Positions 1 through 6,830 of a stretch of DNA of 10,704 bases are shown piece after piece (within the stretch, counting starts at the first letter, position 1; every line of letters begins with the position of its first letter). The position numbers and the translations under genes were made by a program. The stretch is taken from NCBI GenBank assembly GCA_043228905.1, contig JBHGNT010001244.1, forward strand, positions 1 to 10,704, given 5' to 3'. This DNA is from Azolla caroliniana (Eukaryota; Plantae; Polypodiophyta). The notes under the pieces are model-generated. The model had not been told where the DNA came from. It ran no database searches and saw only the letters and a program-made list of their open reading frames with translations.

Positions 1-1049
1 ACATGTTTCCTATGCCAAAAATTCGGCATGTACCTTCATTCCCCATCCGGACACAACCGTGATCACCGGCTGAGTAGGATGAGAAGCATTTCCGGTCCGG
101 GGTAAGGTGGAACAACCACCCAGGTCATCTTGGCGCCGACATGGTTTAGCTCACTCTCCTCAGTGATGAGCATCAACTCTTCTTCACTTGCCACGATTGC
201 TGTCGTTCCCTTCCGGTCCGGCCCCCTCCGGTCTTTACCGTTTCCGTCCGGTGTCTGCTTCGAATCGGTACCGTCGGTTTCCTTGTCTTTTCGGAAATGC
301 CGACAGTTCTTCTGGAAGTGTCCCGGCTTGCCGCAATAGAAGCAAGTAGGCCTCCCCCTTGACTTTGACCGTGTCCCCAACTTCTCCCGGTTCTTGGGAT
401 TACGGTTCCTTTGTCTTCCGCGTTCCGATTCGGTAAGGAGTGTTTTGGTGTTGGAGCTCGTATCCTTATCTTTCCGACGCACCTCCTCATCTAGCAAGCT
501 CGACTTCACTCTTGCTAGGGATAACCGTTTCCCTTCCGGCCCGACATTGCCCAAAGTGACAACCAACGTCTCCCAACTATCTGGGAGGGAACCGAGTAGG
601 AGTAGTGCTAGTACCTCATTGGCGAGAGGTACTTCCAATGATGTTTCCTGGTGTATCAGCCCCTGGAAGGCATTCATGTGCTCCGCCATGCTGGAGCCAT
701 CTTGGTACCGGAGTCTTACTAGCTTCCGGAATACCGAAACCTGATTAACAACATTCTTGTTTTGAAACATAATGCCGATCTTCTCCTAGAGCTCATGAGC
801 CTTGCTCTCTTCATTGAAGTTGTTGTATAGGCTCATGTCGATGAAGCACCGTATGTACGCCATTGTCTTCATGTGCATCACCTCCCATATCGTGGCGTCG
901 ATTTTGTCCGGTCTCTTGTCCCCGAACTGAACCGGAAACCAAAGATCTTTAACCACGAGCATGTCCCTCATCTTCGACTTCCACACGGAATAGTTGGAGC
1001 CGGTGAGCTTGAACATACCTCCCAACGAATCGTTCATTTTCTGTGTCAT
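1..1049 (-). pseudogene. gag-pol: copia gag-pol, N-terminal part (Gag, zinc knuckle, start of aspartic protease), disrupted
   Basis: ORFs 786-1049 and 63-770 are in frame, separated by TAG at 786-788 (AHEL*EKIGIMFQNKN, W expected). A frameshift near 112/113 follows TWVV; the shifted frame reads FHLTPDRKCFSSYSAGDHGCVRMGNEGTCRIFGIGNM, typical copia post-DSG sequence. Confidence 0.92.
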
Positions 1050-1052
1050 TTC

Positions 1053-1064
1053 GCTATGATACCA
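1053..1064 (-). promoter_or_regulatory. Primer-binding site (initiator tRNA-Met) of element A
   Basis: TGGTATCATAGC on - strand, 11/12 match to canonical TGGTATCAGAGC, 3 nt after the LTR end (...CCTGTCA) and just before the gag ATG. Confidence 0.9.
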
Positions 1065-1452
1065 ATTTGACAGGAACTACGCGCTCCCAATGAACAACGC
1101 TCGGCCACAACCGAGCTTAGAATCAAACACAGAAGACGGGAATGAAGGCACGCCACAATGGAAAGAAGAGTACACAGAAAAGAAAAGAGAATACAGGATG
1201 TTAACGTGGAAAACCCAAACTAGGGAAAAACCACGACAGCCCACAGATTGCAAACTATCACTATATCACAATGATTACAACAGTGACCTCATGGAGGCAA
1301 CGACCTCGTGCTCACGATCTTCGCCATAGGCGGCGGTTACAATAGAGGCAACGACCTCTTCGTTTCTTTCTCTCTCTCTCTTTGTGTACACTGTTGCGCT
1401 CTAATCTTGCGCCAACAAGAATGACAACCACCATTAAGTTTGCCCCAAGTCA

Positions 1453-1460
1453 TATTTATA
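1453..1460 (-). promoter_or_regulatory. TATA box in LTR A
   Basis: TATAAATA on - strand, upstream of the AG-rich tract at ~1362-1382. Confidence 0.6.
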
Positions 1461-1579
1461 CAAAAATGACTTTTCAGCTATTTACAAATATAGCCCCGAT
1501 GGACTCTCAGAAACATATTGACGAATAAGTCCCTTCATCCAGTGAGCACTCCTCACCGGGCCTGCATCATCCGGCGCTT

Positions 1580-1736
1580 GCCAGGCACTCATCATCCGGT
1601 TCTCACCGGGGTCTTCCGTAGCCGGGTACTCCTCATCCGGTTCTCACCGGGTCTTCCGTTGCCGGGTACTCCTCATCCGGTTCTCACCGGGTCTTCCATT
1701 TCCGGGTACTCCTCATCCGGTTCTCACTGGGTCTTC
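1580..1736. repeat. Tandem repeat, 40-bp unit, about 4 copies (probable U3 region of LTR A)
   Basis: Unit GCCGGGTACTCCTCATCCGGTTCTCACCGGGTCTTCCGTT starting at 1580 (41 bp, diverged), 1621, 1661 and 1701 (partial). Confidence 0.95.
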
Positions 1737-1763
1737 TCATCCGGAGGGACCTGTTTCCTAATA

Positions 1764-2243
1764 GTAAAAATTGGGAAATTGAACCAAGGACCTATAAGCT
1801 GCATGAGGTGTTTCGGGTGTAGATCCAAGAGGGGATGGAGCTAGAGAAAGCTACTTGAAACCCCGTAGAATTTTTATGGGACGTGGGAAAAAAAGAAAAA
1901 AAAACACAATGGTTTCAGTATACAATAAAAATTGGCCGAAATATCATTCAACAGCTGCGATGGAATTGACAAAGATGCAGTTGGTTGTAAATGGAAGGAG
2001 GAGGGCTTATATGAAACTTGCATGCAGGATTATTGGAGAAAGTTGTGGGCAGTTGAGTTGCCCGAAAATGCAAATCCTTTATTTCGGCTTATCCGCTAAC
2101 TCCTTAGCCCTGATAGTGCAGTGCACAAAACCCACTTGACATGGATAACGGTTGCATGCACACAAATTTGGGGATCACGGAATTTGCAGGAAGCATGGTC
2201 AAATGTGGCATTTATCGGTCTATGGAACATTTGGAAATAGAGA
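1764..2243 (+). pseudogene. Possible highly decayed LINE ORF2 C-terminal remnant
   Basis: KIGKLNQGPISCMRCFGCRSKRGW (~1767-1838) resembles a shortened zf-RVT segment. AWSNVAFIGLWNIWK*R (2193-2243) resembles the L1 'LWxIWKxRN' motif. Only short motifs support this. Confidence 0.3.
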
Positions 2244-2519
2244 TATCTCAAATGGTACTCAAGGCAAATTCACACAATTGCATATGTCATCACAACTATA
2301 TGGATTGATCTAGTGGTATCATTATGTGCACAATTCAAAAACTTGCAACGAGATTCAAAGTCTCAAGAGTTGGCACGAGCACGATTTATCTCACTCTGAC
2401 AAATCACATCATTGGTGGACTTCACGTCAAGACATTCGAAGTGGTGCTACTAGCCGCCTCATTAGCTCTACCACTCAATGGCTAGGAAATCACCCATATT
2501 GCTTTCGGCGATATGAATG

Positions 2520-2945
2520 TGTTGAGCGGCAAGCTCAACCGGATCCGGATCGGCTGAATAAGCTTGAGCCGAATTGGCATCCGGAAGGATGAGCTGGATC
2601 GGTGAGCCGGTCAGCAAGTGAGCCGGTGAGCTGGGGAGCTGGTTAGCTGGATCAAGCAGTAAGCGGAAGTCTAGTAACAGCCTAGACTACTAGGTAGTTA
2701 ATGTCTCGTAGTAGGTGTCAGACGCTCGTGTGAGAATTGAAGTACCTATCAGTCCTTTATGGACTTGTATAAATAGTGTTGTTTAGCACGTTGTATGTAT
2801 AGATTGAGTATTATTTTTTGAATTGAGTTTGTGTGCACTCTCTCTATCTCTATCTCTCCCGAGTACTATGTATATTCAAGCTCTCCATTAAACCTGCATT
2901 TCTGTGTTCGGTTTTCTATTGTTTCCGCACGCTATTCTTTTTACA
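2520..2945 (+). repeat. 5' LTR of element B (start inferred)
   Basis: TGTTGAG at 2520 to TTACA at 2945, directly followed by the PBS. Contains GAGC(C/T)GG-rich U3 repeats, TATAAATA, a CT tract and ATTAAA at 2887-2892. Confidence 0.7.
2768..2775 (+). promoter_or_regulatory. TATA box in LTR B
   Basis: TATAAATA upstream of the CT-rich tract and U5. Confidence 0.6.
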
Positions 2946-2957
2946 TGGTATCAAAGC
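2946..2957 (+). promoter_or_regulatory. Primer-binding site (initiator tRNA-Met) of element B
   Basis: TGGTATCAAAGC, 11/12 match to TGGTATCAGAGC, abutting the LTR-terminal CA. Confidence 0.9.
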
Positions 2958-3035
2958 GTGAGGGTTGAGAACCTCTACAACCGACCTTAGCTCAAAGAAG
3001 AAAACCTAACCTTCATAAAGAACAGGAACAACAAA

Positions 3036-6000
3036 ATGGATAGAGGCATGGCTAGCTCGCTTCCTACCGAGAAACTCGGCAGAAACAACTACGCATCTTG
3101 GTCGTACAAGATGCACCAGTACCTGCTCGGGCATGGATACTAGAGCTATGTCGATAGAGCAAATGACACAACACCCGATTCGACACACCAAGATTTCCCA
3201 GCGTGGGAACAGTCGGCGAGCAAAGTTCTCTACTGCTTCGCGTCTTGTGTGGGCGAACAGCTTCTGAGCTATATTCGGGATGCGAAAATGCCAAAGGATG
3301 CTTGGGGAAATCTGAAGAAGATTTTCGCCGCAAGCAAAACAACCAGGAAGCTTCAACTCCGACAGGAGCTGAGCAATTTACGACAACGCGACTTGTCGGT
3401 GGCTGATTACACCTCGAAGATCAAAGAGATATGTGACTCCTTAGCCTCTATAGATGCGAACGTCGAGGAAGAGGAGATGGTGCAGATCTGTCTCGGGGGA
3501 CTGGCATCAAAGTTCGGAGCGTTCCGAACTGCTGTGTGTACACGGAAGAATACGCCATCGTTTATCGACCTACAATCGATGCTCCTTATAGAGGAGAACC
3601 ACGCGGGTGCGTCGATGAGCACGCATGCCGACAACAAGATGTTGTATACGGAGGGAAATAGGCCCCGTGGTCGTGGTGGACGAGGCGGGTCGGCTTGCAA
3701 TGGTAGCGGCCGGCAAGGGCAGGACCGAAGGCACAAAGAACGTGCCGACAATAGTTCCGGACCATCCACAAGCAGGGGGAGTCAAGGCGGTGCCGGAGGC
3801 CGGCAAGCAAAGGCCGACATGGAATGTTGGTACTGTGGTACAAAGGACCACAGAGAAAGCGAGTGCTGGAAGAAGCGCGCCGATTCGGACAGATCCGGAT
3901 CCGGCAAGGCCGGCAGAGAGAACTGGCAATACTCGCAATAGGCAGAAGGATCGAGAGGATCCAAAACCAGGAAAGCCGGTAAAGGGCCAACCTTGGTGAT
4001 GAAACACGAGGCTAACTGGATGAAGAAGACCACTTCCAAATCAGAGGAAGTGTGGAACGTTGATTCCGGTGCATCGAATCACGTGACGAGCCACAAAGAG
4101 TGGTTCTCTTTCTTGGAGTAACCAGAACAACCGGGAGTCGTCAAAACTGGAGACGACACTCCCCACCCAATCGTGCATGTCGGAGAAGTCCCTTTGAGCC
4201 ACGTCGGACAGAGGGGGAAGCTGATGAACATATTACACATTCTGACTATCACGAAGAACCTAGTGTCAGTCGGTCAGATCATTGACCAGGGGATGCAGGT
4301 GCAGTTTATGCACCTTGGGTGCTTCATCAAGGAAGAGGGCCAGATTATCGCGCAAGGGCGTAGAGATGGGAGGATGTTCATCCTCGACACCAATGACATT
4401 GGCACCACTTTGTTCGCCAAGGACAGAAGATTGAATCATATATTGATCTCTAGCACAAGAGGATCGGCCATGTCAATTACCGGAGACTTCAAGACCTGCA
4501 AACGAAACAAGTTGTTTTCGGTTTGCCAAAGTTCAGTGGACGGAAGGTCCAAATATGTGAAGCCTCCCAACTCAGGAAGCAACACCGGCTTCCATTCCCC
4601 ACCGAACGAAACCATAGCCGTAACAAGCTCGACCTTATTCATTCGGATGTATGGGGATCGGCACAGAACGTTAGTCTTGGCGGGAGTCGATACTTCGTCT
4701 CCTTCATTGACGACTATAGCCAGCACACATGGATCTACCTCATTGAGCGGAAGAGTTAAGTCTTCCAGTGTTTCCGGAACCTGCAAAGCCTGGTTGAACG
4801 GGAAACAGAGAGGAAGATCAAGTGCCTGCGGTCGGATGGCGGAAAAGAATATTTTTCCAGCCAATTCAACAGTTATCTGCAACAAAAAGGAATTTGGAGA
4901 GAGTTCAGCTGCAGATATACACCGAAGCAAAATAGTGTGGCCAAAAGCAAGAACCGGTCGATCGTCCGGACGGCCGTCTAAATCCAAAACCGGATTAGTG
5001 ACAAGGTGTCCGTGCATGAGCTGTATTTCGGGCGCAAGACGAATTTGAGACACCTTCAGATATTTGGTAGCATTGCATATGTGCATGTGCCAGATGAGAA
5101 GCGGAGGAAGTTGGATGCAAAGTCGGAGAAATGCATCCTGGTCGGTTACTCCCATGAGCAAAAGGGGTATAAGTTTTATAACACCCGAAAAAAGCATGTT
5201 TGAGTTAGTCTGGATGTTGAGTTTGATGAGACGGCATCATGGTATGCCTTACCGGCTCCGACTTCCGACCCCGACCCGATACCGGAAGATGAGGCTAGTG
5301 AGCCTGAGGAGGTCCGAGTAGAAGATGAAGACTTTGGCACTCTAGAAGAGAGTCCGATCTCATTTTGGCTAAGTGGACCGAATGAGCGGCTGAGTCGGTA
5401 TGACCAGTTGGATGACGAACCAGTGAGTAGTGGAGACTCTGTCGTGCTCTGCCCACGCAAGGAACCGAGGAGACGGTTCACGTGCAAAGAGAAGGGGAAG
5501 AAGAAGATGCCGGAATACGAAACCAACAACGGTGACACGGATCGGAGTGGATCCGACTCCGGAAAGGAAGAAGGCGGATCTTCGGGAACGAAGTCCGAAC
5601 CGGCCAAGAAGGGCCTCAAACCGAGTAACGATAGATTACGTCGGTCTTCCCGCTACAAGAACCCCGTGAAGCGGTACGGGTACAATGAGTACATGGCGCA
5701 TCACTATGTGTACATGACCAAAGTGGCGGAAGTGCGTGAGCCGGAGGGCTATGCAGAAGCGGCAAAGGACGCAAATTGTTGGAAGAAATGCAGGCACTAG
5801 ATGCCAATGACACATGGGACCTAGTTGACCATCCCTGACACTGTAAACCGATCGAATGTAAGTGGGTGTACAAGGTAAAGTACAATGCTGACGGTTTGGT
5901 TAACCGGTACAAGGCCTGGTTAGTGGCGAAGGGATATGCGCAGACCCACGGAATCGACTACGACGAGACCTTCGCTCTAGTAGCAAAGATGACAACGGTT

Positions 6001-6473
6001 CGTGTGGTGCTAGCGGTTGTTGCAGCAAGGGGGTGGCATCTTCACTAGATGGATGTGAAGAATGCATTTCTTCAAGGCGATCTTGAAGAAGAGGCCTTTA
6101 TGACCCAACCCCCCGGTTTCCAGTCAGGGATGAACAAGTCGGCGATATGCCGGCTGAAGAAGTCACTTTATGGCCTGAAACAAATCCCCCGAGCTTAGAA
6201 TGCGAAGATCACGCACAGGTTGCGTAAGATGGGGTTTGCGGCCTCCAAGTCTAACTCATCGTTGTTCATCCGGCAAGGTCCAGACAGTCCGGTTTGCATT
6301 TTGCTTTATGTTGATGATCTAGTCATCACCGGACCCGAACTCGATGAAATCAGCCAAGTCAAGTCTCAGCTGTCATACGCATTTGAGATGAAGGACCTGG
6401 GGGAACTTCACTATTTCCTTGGGATCGAGGTGATCCGAACCCCCGACGGCATATTGCTCTCACAAAGACACTA
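3036..6473 (+). pseudogene. gag-pol: copia gag-pol polyprotein pseudogene (Gag, zinc knuckle, protease, integrase, partial RT)
   Basis: ATG at 3036 or 3048; EKLGRNNYASWSYKMHQYL; CWYCGTKDHRESEC; DSGASNH at 4062-4082; HKRIGH..CEAS; IHSDVWG, FIDDYS, LRSDGGKEY; RT motifs [52 protein letters not shown]. Many stops (e.g. 3141, 3939, 4451, 4757, 4979, 5201, 6046, 6196) and frameshifts (~4115, ~4420, ~5780). Confidence 0.95.
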
Positions 6474-6830
6474 ACACGTTCGCGTTCACAAGTGGAAGGA
6501 TCGCGCATAAATGGAAGGATAAGGGAAATTTTAGGGGTTTTTCAATGATTTTACAAAACACATTGATACCAGTATCATACATGTTCAAACATACTATGAA
6601 AAAGGTTAAAAATCCACTATTTTCGTGATTTAGAAGTAACTAAAAAAAGACGAATTTCAAAAAGATACATTCTCAATTTATATAACAAACTTTACAACCA
6701 ATGTTATTTTATAAGAAACGATTTTTTAGAAATCATAAGAATTCAAAACACATGATTTTATATTACTCGATTTGTTACAAGCGGATTGTAGTTACACTTA
6801 ATAGCCAAATATACATTCATGATCACTCCT

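Larger units (their letters stand above)
1..1763 (-). mobile_element. Ty1/copia LTR retrotransposon A (Tnt1/Tto1-like), 5' part, degenerate; continues left of window
   Basis: Order on - strand is LTR, PBS TGGTATCATAGC, gag (KLTGSNYSVWKSKM..KDLW; LLLLGSLPDSWETLVVTL; zinc knuckle CFYCGKPGHFQKNC), then protease region. Outer LTR boundary is inferred. Confidence 0.9.
1068..1763 (-). repeat. 5' LTR of element A (outer end uncertain; alternative end near 1515)
   Basis: Inner end CA next to the PBS. Hairpin CGTGGTTTTTCCC-GGGTTTTCCACG (1205-1235), which I recognise from Tnt1-type LTRs. TATAAATA followed by an (AG)n tract. Outer end TATTAGGAAA looks like a mutated TGTTAGGAAA and is an imperfect inverted match to TGACAGGAAC at 1068. 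No second LTR in the window to confirm. Confidence 0.65.
2520..6473 (+). mobile_element. Ty1/copia LTR retrotransposon B, degenerate, truncated or interrupted within RT
   Basis: LTR, PBS, then gag-PR-IN-RT in copia domain order. Homology stops at ...LLSQRH (6471-6473). No RNase H, PPT or 3' LTR in the window. Confidence 0.95.

Noticed and set aside
1294-1358. 51-bp spacing here matching that at 10173/10224 and in the palindrome array
   Set aside because: Unrelated sequence in a different element; treated as coincidence.
1090-1844. ORFs 1090-1329 and 1518-1844 (+)
   Set aside because: Antisense to LTR A and its tandem repeats; only the last ~25 codons of the second may reflect a LINE remnant.
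2314-2321. PBS-like TGGTATCA
   Set aside because: Only 8 nt, with no adjacent LTR-terminal CA and no gag downstream.
3939-3941. Stop between gag and protease as a programmed gag/pol readthrough
   Set aside because: One of many stops in a decayed element, and most copia elements have a single gag-pol frame; cannot be distinguished from mutation without other copies.
3006-5912. Numerous antisense and alternate-frame ORFs over copia B
   Set aside because: Shadow ORFs of GC-rich gag-pol; the second half of 4173-5048 is out of frame after the ~4420 frameshift.
6529-6537. Telomere-like TTTAGGG near the junction
   Set aside because: Single copy, not an array.
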